Shown here: piece after piece, positions 44,961 through 57,295 of the stretch
How positions within the stretch are numbered: the first letter of the stretch is position 1
Layout: every line of letters begins with the position of its first letter
NCBI GenBank assembly: GCA_004764695.1
Contig: SMSO01000032.1
Location: 7,162,483 to 7,226,482 of the forward strand
Direction: 5' to 3'
From: Schizochytrium sp. TIO01
Lineage: Eukaryota; Protista; Bigyra: Labyrinthulomycetes
Length of the DNA: 64,000 nt
The notes under the pieces: generated by a model
Told to the model about the DNA's origin: nothing
What the model saw: the letters and a program-made list of their open reading frames with translations, nothing else
Databases searched by the model: none
Position numbers and translations under genes: made by a program

Positions 44961-45935
44961 TTAGGGACATGGCTCGTACTCGTCTGCAATTTCATCAAAC
45001 AGCTGGTTCTTGGGTAATGCTGTCTGAAAGTTTGGTTGTCCCAATGGAAGTTTACCACCGCGCATGGTTGTCTTTATTCTCCATGCATCAATAAATTCTG
45101 TGCCATTGCTTACGCTAGATTCGGGCCGTTGCTTTGACATCAAGCCCTTACCTCCTGCTAGAAAGTTGCGTTCAGATATTCTCATTGTTCGTGAACGTCG
45201 TGACTCTGCCCTCTCTGCATCCCGGCATACGTCATACTCAGATGTTGCCTGAACGCTCTTGCGAACTCGTCGCCTCTGCTCACGAGGCAAGCGAAGACCA
45301 TCTTGGCGCAAGACCTCTGTAGTGTAATTTCGTAAGTGCTCTTCCACGGGAACTCCAAATGCTGTAGGTGGTCCATCCAAGGCAAATGGCGGATTGTAGA
45401 CTCCGGGCCGGGATTTTGTTGACAAGAGATGATGCAGCTTTTGTGCTACCTTTTTGAATTCGTCTTGCATCTCACGTAGCTTGCGCTCCTGCTCCTCCTG
45501 AGCGGCGCGCTCCCGATTTGCTGCGAGCTGAAGTCGCAGTTCGCTACTTTTAGCAAGGATATTTGCAATGTATGCCTTTCGCGCTCTGAAATCATGCTTG
45601 TATTTCCGACTGTAGAAGCCACGAAACACGTGCTGAATTACAGATGCTTGATAGTGAAACATGCATTGTAAAGCTTGCTCTTCAAGAGCTTGTGCAAGTC
45701 GCTCACATTCTCTACGGCCACAATGACCTCGAAATACACGGGAGATCTGTTTACAGGCATATCGCTTGAGTTTGTATTGCTGGTAAGCAAAGTGCCGTCG
45801 CATCTGTCGCTGAATAAGCACAGTTGCTCCAAGTTCCTCTTCATAAGCGTCGTTGCGGTCTTGTAGAGCCCGTGCTACTGCGCTGGATACTGAAGACTCT
45901 GCAATTTGGCGTAGATGCAAGAAAAGGTCTGCCAT
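44961..45935 (-). CDS. SPATA17-like IQ-motif protein
   Basis: Three IQ motifs (IQRQMRRH, ISRVFRGH, IQHVFRGFYSRK), DFRARKAYI, and HHLLSTKSRPGVYNPP. Confidence 0.75.
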   Translation of the reverse strand: MADLFLHLRQIAESSVSSAVARALQDRNDAYEEELGATVLIQRQMRRHFAYQQYKLKRYACKQISRVFRGHCGRRECERLAQALEEQALQCMFHYQASVIQHVFRGFYSRKYKHDFRARKAYIANILAKSSELRLQLAANRERAAQEEQERKLREMQDEFKKVAQKLHHLLSTKSRPGVYNPPFALDGPPTAFGVPVEEHLRNYTTEVLRQDGLRLPREQRRRVRKSVQATSEYDVCRDAERAESRRSRTMRISERNFLAGGKGLMSKQRPESSVSNGTEFIDAWRIKTTMRGGKLPLGQPNFQTALPKNQLFDEIADEYEPCP

Positions 45936-46681
45936 TTTGCCCTAAGTTTAAGTGTTGTGAGCTCACTCCTTTGTGTGTTGACGCGCAAGTGCAACAGCCA
46001 CTGCCCTGGTCTTTGTTGCAGCTGTCTTTATGCTCTTGCACTAACGTGGCCAAAACTGACACAAAGGGGTCTCGTGTAAAGAGAGAAGAATAAGGAGTGG
46101 ACTACTCCTTCAGGGTTGCGAGTCTTCTCGCGTCACTGGGAGTTCCCTGTAGCCCCAATAGCGCAAGGGTGACTTCCGATCGCGCAGCTTCAGCAAGCTG
46201 CGCTCGGCTGACCTTGCTATGCGAACTCGCACCCGCACGAGCTGTGCTCTGTGCTTTGTGATTCCCATTCAGTTTTCACGTGCTAATAGTAAACTGGGAG
46301 AAAGGTCCGTTGACAGAAACGTGCTTCCCAGCAGGAAAGAACAGAAAAAAAAAGTACCAATACACATATGCATGAAACATGAAGACATGAGGGAGGCAGG
46401 TGTGCACGGTAGAGAACGTACTCTAGCGAGAACGCCTTCGCGCTGCGCTTATACTGTAAGATTGGGCCCAACCTTTAATTTAGGCCAAAGTCATTTTGGG
46501 GCATCAAAATGGCAACAGGAGGATACAAACACAAAGAAAGATGCTTTGCAAAATTATATTATCAGATCTTAAAAAAGATCTGATAATTTATTGGCTTTTT
46601 TAAATTCGGCCAAGTAAAACCTTGTACCATCTAGATTTCGCGTGAATCATAAATCAAGTGTAATCATCAGCTTCTTCGGGC

Positions 46682-48358
46682 TCAGCTCTTGACACGCTTC
46701 AACAACTTATCTTTGGGTTTTGATGGGCTTGTAAAAATTATGCGGCCATCTGAACCGCATGAAATAATTGTACTAGAATAAGCGTTTGATGGACAGCTGA
46801 TAAAAGCGACCCTGTAGGCGCAACCTTCATGCAGTTTGTAATCAATCGAATCTGTAAGGAGAAGTGAGGAAATACGCACGCTTCCATCAAAACCACAACT
46901 AGCAAGTGCTGCATGTGAGGATGACATCAGTTCTCGTTCTGATCGAGTCGAAGATGAGCAAAATTGCAGGTCCATTATCCAAGTGCGATGAGCTTGAATC
47001 TTACGGACACAAATTCCATTTTGCACATTAAGAATAGCTAAAATACCTGACTTGAAACCTGCAACAAGGACTTCTTGGGGTGAAGTCCCAGATGCTTCAA
47101 ATGTGCATGTTGCCATAGCTGTTACCTCTGAACCCATATCGATTTCGTGCCTTTGTGCCAAAGGCTGGGTAGGTTCTCCTGGCATATTCAAATAAGTAGA
47201 TAATTCATATATTTTCACCGTTCCATTTTTACACCCTACACAAAGAAAATCTTCGGATAAGGTGAGCTCTATGCGAGTCACAAAGTTACCAATCTGGTCA
47301 GCAAAAACAGGACAAGGATCGCCGGAATTCGATTGATCTGAAACTTTATTGATTTCATTCTCAGGAGAAAGTTTTGTGCGATCCCAGATGCGGTAACCTC
47401 CGTCAGGACTAACAGCAATAATCGCTTGATTCCAGCGTGAAGCTAATCTCAATTGAGAAACACCTCCAAAGTGTCCTTTTAAGATTGCTTTGCAAGTAAA
47501 GTTTGTGAGATTCCATACTCGAACGGACCCGTCTACTGATGCAGAAATGAGTTCACTTGCACGATAAACGCACGCGATCTGAGATATCGGTCGGGAGTGT
47601 CCTTGAAGGGTAGCAACAACTTCAAGACAAGGGATTGCAGACGATGCACCAGATCTAGTTTCATATATTTGCTGAGAAATGGGCTTTGTCCACACCCGCA
47701 GAGTGCAGTCGTCCGAAGCGGTAGCAAAACGTTGAGCACCTAGTGCACAAGACTGGGTTATCCCAGCTCGATGACCCCAACAAAGTCCCTCAATACCTGT
47801 TTCCTTACCATTCTCACTAATGCGACGCAAGACTCCAACGCCGCCATCACAACCGGTAAATAAAAACGATGGCCATAGCAAAACCAGGCAGCGGACAGGA
47901 TGTTTATGAATAAATTTCTGTGGAGGTTTCTTTGGTGCTGTGATGCTATCGGCTGCAGATTTTGCATAGCGTGAACGCCAGTAATCCGCATCACATGCTG
48001 CCCCTCCAATGAGATATTGTGACATATCATTATAATTGACTCGGACTGATATGTTCCATCCATTGCGAGCAGATTGGACAAGTTCCGCAGTGTTGGCATT
48101 ACCCACACCTTCACGATTGCTCTCACGAGATTGATTGTTCTCATTCTCTGCATTCACGTTCTTTGCCGTGCGAGCTGATTGTGAAGATCTTTGTGAAGAT
48201 CTCGAAAGATCTCCTTCCTTTTGCAGAATGTGGCGTCCGGGCTTCTTGAATTCTTGAGTTCCAACTCGGCCAATTTTTAAGCGTGGCACGATACTCCCTC
48301 CGCTGCCTCTCGGTTGTGGTGGTCTCGGTCGCAGCGTCTGAGACACAGGTTCTTGCAT
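46682..48358 (-). CDS. WD40-repeat protein
   Basis: GH...ATASDDCTLRVW, GH...ISASVDGSVRVWN, GH...YRIWD and further WD repeats. Confidence 0.85.
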   Translation of the reverse strand: MQEPVSQTLRPRPPQPRGSGGSIVPRLKIGRVGTQEFKKPGRHILQKEGDLSRSSQRSSQSARTAKNVNAENENNQSRESNREGVGNANTAELVQSARNGWNISVRVNYNDMSQYLIGGAACDADYWRSRYAKSAADSITAPKKPPQKFIHKHPVRCLVLLWPSFLFTGCDGGVGVLRRISENGKETGIEGLCWGHRAGITQSCALGAQRFATASDDCTLRVWTKPISQQIYETRSGASSAIPCLEVVATLQGHSRPISQIACVYRASELISASVDGSVRVWNLTNFTCKAILKGHFGGVSQLRLASRWNQAIIAVSPDGGYRIWDRTKLSPENEINKVSDQSNSGDPCPVFADQIGNFVTRIELTLSEDFLCVGCKNGTVKIYELSTYLNMPGEPTQPLAQRHEIDMGSEVTAMATCTFEASGTSPQEVLVAGFKSGILAILNVQNGICVRKIQAHRTWIMDLQFCSSSTRSERELMSSSHAALASCGFDGSVRISSLLLTDSIDYKLHEGCAYRVAFISCPSNAYSSTIISCGSDGRIIFTSPSKPKDKLLKRVKS

Positions 48359-49663
48359 GATGTGTGATCTTGGGAGAATCGTGACATAAAGTAGTGCAAC
48401 TCAAAGTTACCCAGGTACCCGAGAAATTCAAAGCTACAAAATGCAATATATTGTAATGTGTCTGATCTGGTCAGATGCCACCAGTGGAGTTTCTGTACGA
48501 TTCTATTGAATTTATACGAAATTATCTTCTCTGTAAATGATAGCAATTCTTCGAATTAGGTGCAAGCTCTCTGGTTTAAAGAGTGTGTCGTACCTCCCTT
48601 TGCACGCGCAAACCAAGGCACGGTGTTTCTTCACACTGGGTAGGAAGTATCTGCAGCCTCTCGATTCTCCAGTTCTTCAAGATTACCAACTCTTGCGCCT
48701 GATTGTAATGGCTTTCTTCGTCCTTCGTTCCTGAATCTTATAATACCAGAAATCAATGAAATGATTGAAGCTACCTATTTAATAAAATGCACAGAACTTC
48801 AGGTTCCAAGTACCTACACTACCTACAGCAGCCACAGCCACAGCCACACCTGTGTCCTCAAGCGTAGAACTTCACGACAGAGTCAAGAGCAATGAGGACG
48901 CCAGTTTGTTCTCCACAACCTCGCCTGGGTGGCCACCGTTGATCCTCTTGGATGCCTGCCTGCAATCTTGAACCACCTTGTCATGGGAACGCCGCCATTG
49001 CACACCAGCATTAATCGCACCCTTTGTTACATTTGTCATTGGCTCGAAGCGCTTACACATCCCCGGTGTCTCTCTTCCTACAATACTAGCTAGGTAGGTA
49101 CCCTCCTAGGTGCTTCCTACTCGACACATCTAGGAACCCCAACCAGCCGGCGAAATGCATGACACGTGAACTTGGGGGTTACTCTGTACGTCCTTCCTCT
49201 CTTTTCCGCACAGCCCCCTTACTCTCTACAGCCGCTAATTTGCCCGATCTTGGCTTACTTTCCCTCCTTACCTCCTTCACGAACTCCTCAGGTACCCCTT
49301 GGAGTGCCTCCGTGCAGAGACGATAGTCTAATGGCTAATGGTTGTCGGGATAACTCGGGGAGATAAGCAGGGGGGCCTCGTGGCAAGAAATAGCCTGCTG
49401 AGAATTGCACCATCGACGGCGGCTTCGGTGTCACCGTCATTGTAAGAGTGGCCTAAGGAGCGCCTAAGGCAGAAAGCGCACAGTACTTCGTTTCATCCGC
49501 GAGCTCGACGACGCTTCTGCTGCAGGCCTCCTTCGCTCTTGTCGCAGGCATTAGACCTCATGAAATGCAGGGAAACCGATGTCGGCCTCGACCAGGTGGC
49601 TTCGTGCTCCGCGTGAACTACATCGCATCGCACTGTATTGCATTGGACTTCTTTTCTTCACGA

Positions 49664-49704
49664 TGCATTGCATTGCATTGCATTGCATTGCATTGCATTG
49701 CATT
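49664..49704 (+). repeat. (TGCAT)n pentanucleotide microsatellite
   Basis: About eight copies seen directly. Confidence 0.9.
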
Positions 49705-50872
49705 ACATCTCTTCACATTGCATTACAATGTGCCGCGACTTCGAGAAATGCAATGCGAAGGAATGTAATGTACTCTCTTGAAGGTTTCGAGGTCGCAGGA
49801 CGTCAGTGTGTTGGCGGCTTAGGTGGGCTCCTTCTAAACTAAATGCAGCCCTTTGGCCTTTGGAGTTGAGTTTGTTGGATTCCATGCCATGTGGCTGGAT
49901 TTGGTGAGATCTCCTTCGCTCGTTTCTTCTTTGTTGAGGCTTCTTTCGTCTGTTTCTTTCGTTTGTTTGTTTCTTTTGTTTGTTTGTTTGTTTCTTTTGT
50001 TTGTTTAAAGGTACATGACCATCGTGGGTACCTACCTACCTACCTACCTGCCTATGAGTACGTGTAATCATAGGTAAAAGTTGTTGATATTTGTTTGTTG
50101 ACATTACAGAGAAGGAAGAAGGAAATAAAGAGAAAGAATCGATCAATACTTTTCATCATAGTTCGGATCCTCGTTAAATCAAGCGCAGCAAACCCTCAAC
50201 GGCCTGCGGAGACTTCGGTAAGTACGCCTGGCTCTTCGAACGAGCTCCTTTGGGCTCTGGCTCGCGGCTGGCGTCGCCAGGGGCGCTACATGGTGGTGCC
50301 TGTCTTGTGCTGCGTGCCGAGGCGTGACCCAACCGTCTCATTCGTTTGCGGGGTCTTGAGGACGAATGGACGAATGAATATCCATGCAGCCATTCAAGCT
50401 CACGGCGAAATATGACGACCGAAGGAGGCAACTTCTTCGGTGAGGCTCCGAGGGGAGGCTCATGCGACGGGGGGGTTGGATCAGGGTGTGAGAAATCCTG
50501 ATGGGTACTTGACTAGATCTGAAGAACACGCGAAATACGAGGTCTGCGAGAACTGGACCCCGTGTGAGTTGGTTCGTGATTGTTTTATGCCCTGGATTCT
50601 TTAGTTAATAGGAAAGATACTCAAGGATACAAAGATCAACCTTGAAATGCCAAGTTACGAGTGCAGGGGAATATTGTGACGGGGGTGGATGTAGATGCTG
50701 CGCTTGAGTATGGTGAACTAACAAAACTAGTAAGCTTGAATTTGTATCGTTCAATGACGAACTATGGGGATTGCTCATCGACCAATCCATGCACGGAATT
50801 TAAACAACATAGAAGGTTCAAAACTTTTGAGAGTAGCTAGTCTAAGCTAACTTCATTTGATCACTGAATACC

Positions 50873-52347
50873 ATGTTCAAGAAGGGTGCACAGCGTACCT
50901 TTGCCTCGGCGGCCTCGGCCCCGGCGGCGAAGAAGGTCGTCTTTGTTGATGGTGCTCGTATTCCGTTTGCAATGGCTGGCACCACATACAAAGATAAGAT
51001 CTCCTACGACCTTGCTCGCATCGCAGCTAAGGGTATTGTAGATCGCACTGCCATCGACAAGAATGAAATCGACTATGTTGCCTGGGGTACTGTCGTTCAG
51101 GAAGTGCGCACCAACAACTTGGCTCGTGAGGTCACCCTTGGTGCTGGCCTTCCCCTTGGCATCCCGTCCCACACCATCGGCCAGGCCTGTATTTCTTCTA
51201 ACCAGGCTATCTGTACTGGTGCTGAGAAGATTCTTTCTGGCCAAGCCGAGGTCGTTCTTGCTGGTGGCTCTGAGACCTTCTCTGATGTCCCCATTCGCTT
51301 CTCTAAGCCAGTGCGTGAGCGTCTTCTGGTTGCAAACAAGGCTATGAAGAAGGGTCCCATGGGAATCGTCAAGCTTCTCCGTGGCCTCAAGCTCAAGGAC
51401 CTTGCCCCTGAACCTCCCTCGATTATGAACTTTAGCACTGGCGAGGTTATGGGCCACAGCAGTGATCGCCTTGCCTCCCGTTTCGGTGTAAGCCGCCAGG
51501 ACCAGGACGAGTTTGCTGTGCTCTCGCACGTTAACGCTGCCAAGGCTCACTCTGAGGGATTCTACAAGGATGAGATCCTGAACGTTAACGGATCGACCGA
51601 GGAGAACTGCATTCGTGGTGATACTACCTTGGAGAAGCTCCAGAAGCTCAAACCTGCGTTTGTCAAGCCTCACGGCTCCCACACCGCAGGAAATTCATCC
51701 CCTCTTACTGATGGTGCTTCTGCATGCCTTATCATGAGTGATGACAAGGCCAAGAGCCTTGGCTACACCCCTCGTTCTCACATCAAGGGATGGAACTTTG
51801 TTGCCGTTGACCCTTTCGAAGAGATGCTTCTTGGGCCTGCTTACGCCATTGCTCGCTTGCTTAAGGCGCACAACCTTACCCTTGCAGATATCGACGTCTT
51901 TGAGATCCACGAGGCCTTCGCTGGCCAGGTGCTGAGCAACCTCACTGCCCTTGAGTCTGATAAGTGGTGCAAGGAGAACCTTGGCTCTGACAAGATCGGA
52001 GCAATTCCCTTTGACAAACTCAATCAGTGGGGTGGATCCCTTTCCATTGGTCACCCCTTCGGTGCTGTAAGTTTACTCGTTTCTACCTTATCTTGGTTGG
52101 CCCTAGTGTGATTTCACCCTTTGGGCTCCTGCAGACTTCACTCTTCTGATGACTAACCAGTGACCTTTAAACACAACCTCACGCCTTTGGCATTACTTGT
52201 TTTACTGTATACATATAAACACAGACTGGTGTTCGCATTGTCACTACCGCCACTAACCGTCTACACAAGGAGGACAAGAAGCTCGCTCTTCTTGCTGCCT
52301 GTGCTGATGGTGGCCAGGCTCACGCTTGCCTCATCGAGCGTATGTAG
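50873..52347 (+). CDS. HADHB: 3-ketoacyl-CoA thiolase, mitochondrial trifunctional-enzyme beta type; exons 50873-52066 and 52225-52347
   Basis: NLARE, catalytic ACISSNQA, HEAFAGQ. A GTAAGT...ACACAG intron (52067-52224) restores GHPFGA|TGVR and the second catalytic Cys in ACADGG. Confidence 0.93.
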
Positions 52348-52903
52348 GTCCATTAATTACTTCCGCGTCTCCCTGCGTTCTCTAATCTTTTTAATGTTTG
52401 TGATTCGAGTCCATTCTGAGCCCTGGTAGCTTTTGATATGCCCGGAATTGTATCATGCAAACTAGAGGTTAACTTGTTTAAAGTCTAATGCCGGAAGCCT
52501 GACAACAGTAGAGAATAACTTTGTGCATTGCCAATTTTCCCCTTTTATTCTTTTTCTCTTCATCTTTTATTTGCCTCATGCTGCAAAAGAATTTGACATC
52601 TTGCATATTTTAAGAGCGCTTACTTGAATTCTTGATGAAGTCAGGACGACTGTATAAATCTATAACGACATATATACAATCTGATGATAGTAAGTACATT
52701 TTTTTAAAACTTTTAAAGGGTTGGTTTTATGGAGCGAAGGAAAACGCTCTTCTTAGGCAGGACTAGATGTGTAGGTTTCTATGAAAAGTAATACTAATAC
52801 AGGATCAAAGCTTTATGCATTGAGGAGAAACATGATCCTATCAATCAATACTCTACCGTGGAGCGTTTTCTTCAATTGGATTGTGAATGCACGATGTTGA
52901 AGG

Positions 52904-54160
52904 CTAAGCACTTGTCGAGGACTCTGAAAGTCGATAAGTGTCTTTCCGGGTGCATTTGAGCCTTCCAAGCTCGAGAAGCGCAAGAATGAGAGCCTTACCC
53001 GAGCCTGTTGCACCACTTGCGGCTGCGACCTTTTCTACGTCACCGGTGGTAATCTGATCATGGTTACTTGCGAGATCCAGAACCTTATTCAGGGTTGGTA
53101 CATCAACCTGGGTTTGTACATAACTTGGTAAAGCATCAAGGTCCTCTTCAAGTAGAAAACAATCAGCAGGACCATCTGCTGTGACGCCTTTGCGTTCCTC
53201 TGACAATAAGGAAGATGGTGAGGATGTAAACCTATCAGAAAGCGTTGGTTGTTCACGTACAGGGCTTTCGACATAGGAAACAGGAGCATCAAAATCTTGA
53301 AACCTTTCTGAGAGTCCAAAGTCCTCTAGAGTTGGTGTTCGTGGATCACTGTCGTTTGATGAGAGGCTCATTGTAGAACCGCGTTTCTTAAGCGAGGCTT
53401 GCACTGGTGTAAGAGTCACGCCCACATTTGCATAACCCGGCCGAAATGCACTCTCAGGAACCTCTGGAATAGGTTTGGCGTGTGAGGTAGGAGGGGTATG
53501 GTGTTTGTAGCCCCCTGTGCGATGCGACCGCGAATACGTTGAGGGTGGCGCTTTAAGTTCACTTTGAATAAACTCAGACTTACGCCGCGAACTACGAGAG
53601 ACAGAGACCATTGGTGTCTGTGCAACAATATTGCTTGGTGGACTCCCTGCAGAGTAAGAAGAAGATGACAAAGATGCACCACCTGAAAGATTCGTTGTAG
53701 AGCTTTCTAAGGAGGCTGAAGACGGCATTTTTCTTGTGCTGCTAAGATAACTTGCAGATGTGGGGGGTATGAAATCCTCCCCAGCTAGCGAAGCGCGAGG
53801 ATGTCGACGATTAAATGAGTAGTTATGCTCTCGGCATACAGCCGCCAGAAGCCATGCATTTTGGTCGCGTTTAACCTTGGCTGCATCTAGCATTTGTCGT
53901 AGAGAAGGTGCAGTCCGCTCGTAAAGGCGCTCAGAGTATTCCAAGGATTCCTTCAGGTCATCAATTCTGGACGTGAATGCACTGAGCTGTTCTTTCGCAA
54001 CTGCTGTGTGATTGACTCCTGTTTGTCCAGCATTTACACTATTACTGGTGCCATTTTCTAGGTCGTGGCGAGCTCGTTCATAGGAGGCTTGTGCCACGCG
54101 ATGGACATCGTCAACAGCTGATTCCAAGGCATTCCCGAACCGACCAAGAATCACCTCCAT
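52904..54160 (-). CDS. Probable SKA3 (spindle and kinetochore-associated protein 3)-like protein
   Basis: First ATG at 54160. N-terminal coiled coil, PRTPTLEDFGLSE (similar to the SKA3 PxSPxLxDFGL motif), and a C-terminal EEDLDALPSYV...LILALLELGRL...YRL Ska-type helical domain. Confidence 0.6.
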   Translation of the reverse strand: MEVILGRFGNALESAVDDVHRVAQASYERARHDLENGTSNSVNAGQTGVNHTAVAKEQLSAFTSRIDDLKESLEYSERLYERTAPSLRQMLDAAKVKRDQNAWLLAAVCREHNYSFNRRHPRASLAGEDFIPPTSASYLSSTRKMPSSASLESSTTNLSGGASLSSSSYSAGSPPSNIVAQTPMVSVSRSSRRKSEFIQSELKAPPSTYSRSHRTGGYKHHTPPTSHAKPIPEVPESAFRPGYANVGVTLTPVQASLKKRGSTMSLSSNDSDPRTPTLEDFGLSERFQDFDAPVSYVESPVREQPTLSDRFTSSPSSLLSEERKGVTADGPADCFLLEEDLDALPSYVQTQVDVPTLNKVLDLASNHDQITTGDVEKVAAASGATGSGKALILALLELGRLKCTRKDTYRLSESSTSA

Positions 54161-55025
54161 GGTTCCCTCCACAGGCACCCTGATGCGCAGCTGCTGGAGA
54201 TAGGATCCACCAAGAGTTCATAAATTGTCAAAAGTCAGGGTAAGTTCTTCCCAGGTTCCCTGGCAGAATCAGGGTTGTTTTGTCTATTTGTTTGTCCTCC
54301 CGTGCTCTCAATCTCATGGCGGTTGTTCACATTTGCAACCGGACGATAATTACAGATAATTCTAACAGCACAGAGACTTACTACCGCCGTAAGCTATTTG
54401 TGGCAGAAGTGAATGAGAAAATGAGGATCTCGCGATGAGAAATCGCTGCAATCACCGGCCTGAGATTCGCCCTAGGCTTTGTTTTGTTCGTTCTTACTTG
54501 AGGGGTATGGCCATGCCAGTTTCATTCCATTGTCATGCATGCCGAGAGGATAGGACGCTGATCGCCATGAGCAAGCAGATCATAAGAGTGGGTACTTAAC
54601 TCAAGCCTGGCTAGATCACTTATTCTAAGGGACTTTATAAAGGTGATAATTCTTTAGAGTGAACAAAGTAAAAGAAAAAAAGAAAAGTATGCAAGCAAAA
54701 GATGAGCAGAAAAGTAAAAAGAGAAACACAAACCAAAGAAAAGACAAGAAAAGAAAAGTTGACTGATCTGAGCAAGAGAAACGATAATGGTGCGTGTATT
54801 CCCGAAGAAGGGAATATAGAATGGTCACCATAGCAAGACTGTTTGCAATGTAGCACGGGCATTGTCTAATAAAACCAAACCCATCAGTGAGTGTGAGTGA
54901 TGTGCTGCTCAGAAAACTTGAAGTCCGCGACGGTGAATATATATAGCTCCATAGTTTTCTTTCAAGTTTGTTTTCTGCAAATAATGATTATATATTCTTT
55001 TTGACTACGTACTTATTCATGAGAG

Positions 55026-55027
55026 GA

Positions 55028-55078
<51 letters not shown>
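55026..55078 (+). repeat. (GAAA)n microsatellite
   Basis: Seen directly in the sequence. Confidence 0.9.
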
Positions 55079-55442
55079 GATAAAAAGAATGGTGTGGAAA
55101 TCAAAGTAAAACAAAGGTAATTAAGAGCAAAAGCGCCAAGCCCGCCTCCAGTCCTGCGGGAATCGCGGCGAGCGTCAGGCAAAACCTCATCGACCAAAGT
55201 TCTGGTCATTCTCACATCCAATAGGATTGCCCTCGCTCGGACGCTCAAACAGCCCGTCTTGGTCTAGTCGAGCGCTTTCCAGTGTCTGTGGTGCAAAAAG
55301 CAAATTGCTTCAAAAACTTCACGTGAAACACTCACTCAGTCACTCAGTCACTCACTCCGAGCGACCAGAGCCAGATTCTCCAGCGATAAACCCACAAGTC
55401 CGTGAGCAGTCCGGCACGCAAACTCAGCAAACTCGAAGCAAC

Positions 55443-56400
55443 ATGCCCCAGTTCGAGGTCCGCGTTGCTAAGGAGCGCTTCAAGTTCAACTGTGCGCATT
55501 TCATTGCTTTCAAGGTAGGTTCTGCCCTCTCTCTCTATTTATTTACCAGGGTCACGGGAGCAGAGTTCGTGCAGGTTCTCCCTCCGCTACAACAGACTCA
55601 CGGTCACACGTAATGCATGTGATGGCACTAGACTTCAAGGCCGAAAGGTAGTGTCTGTGATGCCCTTGTATTGGATAGAAGCCAACTTGAGGATTGTACA
55701 GTAGTGTGCGCGTAAGCATGTGATGGCGTAGGCGTGAACTGTCGAGCTTGACGTGCTATAGTATAACGCTTGCTCTCATGATCAGGAAACTCAGTTTGAA
55801 CGTGTAATTAAAAGCTCTTTACGGATAGACTAACATTGAATCATGGCAAATGCGATGTGATTTGGCGCAATTGATGATACACAGGGTTTCCGTGAACGTC
55901 TCCATGGCCATAACTACCAGGTTAGCGTTAAGCTTCGGGGTGACCGCGGCCCTGATGGATACGTGCTTGACTTTGGCGAAGTGAAGGAGCATGTGATGGC
56001 CTTGTGCAAGAAGTGGAACGAACGCTTCATTTGCCCCGTAAACAGTGATGTTCTTGAAATTGACATGACCTCCAACGACACAAATGTCCTCATTACTTGC
56101 GAGGATGGCGCCAACTTCTCTTTCCCGAAGGATGACTGCTTGTTTCTTCCGCTTGTTCACTCCTCAGCGGAGGAACTCGCTGAGCACTTTTGTGGTCTTC
56201 TTGTGGCTGCCGTAGGTGCTGAGCGTCTTCGTTCGCGTGGCATTACTGACATGGAGGTCTCTGTTGCCGAGGCGCCGAACCAAGAGGCTATCTACAGTTG
56301 TACTGTTGACCATTTGCTGGAGCAGGCTGAAGGCGCTGTCAAAGCTCAAGCTCGTGTTGATCGCATCCCGAGACCTTGCTTGTGCGAGCACCATGCATAA
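55443..56400 (+). CDS. 6-pyruvoyltetrahydropterin synthase, PTPS-III type; exons 55443-55514 and 55885-56400
   Basis: A phase-0 GTAGGT...ACACAG intron (55515-55884) joins FNCAHFIAFK|GFRERLHGHNY. Downstream are VLDF, SSAEELA and VSVAE. Confidence 0.92.
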
Positions 56401-57295
56401 ACAAGAAAATGATGGGATCTTAGAACACCGAGAAATTCATTTCACACTCCCTAACACTCCGTTGTTATTCGCGTATCTTTTCATTGCGGCTCAGCATTTG
56501 ACAAATCTCCTGCTGTGACCCGTGTGGCTGTCAAGGGTCTACTCAGACTGATGGACATGAGGTCTCACCTATCAAACACACATCTATACATAACCTATAG
56601 TTAGTCAGTAACATCTTTTTCCATTTTCACTCTGCAAAATAGAAGTATGGAAGATGAACTCTCAGTTGTACTGTCAAGGCAAGGTCTGCTAGAGATAGTT
56701 GGAAACCTTTATTATAATGTTAAAGAATAGGTTACCACTTCTTAATAATGCAGAGTTACAAGAATTGTATAACCCAGACAAGAATTGAGGACATGCAAAG
56801 TCACAGAAACATTTCAAAAGAAAGAATATGTTATGATAATTTTAAAACACGTGAATCTAGGGGGTTTTATAGCGTAATTGCAGGAGCTAGGCACTTGGTT
56901 CAACGCTAGGGTGGATGTATTCCAAAGCAAAAATATCTTGTAAACTTTTTTCTCATTTAACTGGTAAATTCTTGTCAATAACCTAAAATTGTGACGTTGG
57001 AAATATGTAGAACGAGCTATTCCTCATCGTCATTTTCTTATATGTCGGTGGCAAGATCAAGGCAGTTTAAAGTCATTTTCTTGAATGTGATAGTAAGAAT
57101 GTATTCATGTGATTTGTTTGTTTAGTGTTGCATATTCAATAACTGAATAAAAACAACAGACGAATATAAAATAAGAGCAAAGAAAGGAAGAACATATTAC
57201 ACAGATGTAGAAAGTGTGTCGTGCACCTGCGTAAGACCAGATCTCACAAAAAAGATGCAGAGGGAAGGATGGACATGACAGAGAAGTTCATTAAC

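Noticed and set aside
50861-51682. 273-aa antisense ORF over the thiolase, and similar ORFs antisense to CLU, TRIT1 and Pumilio
   Set aside because: Shadow ORFs caused by strong codon bias on the coding strand; no recognisable motifs.
52067-52111. Thiolase ORF tail VSLLVSTLSWLALV suggesting a truncated or membrane-anchored enzyme
   Set aside because: This is read-through into the intron; splicing restores the normal C-terminus.
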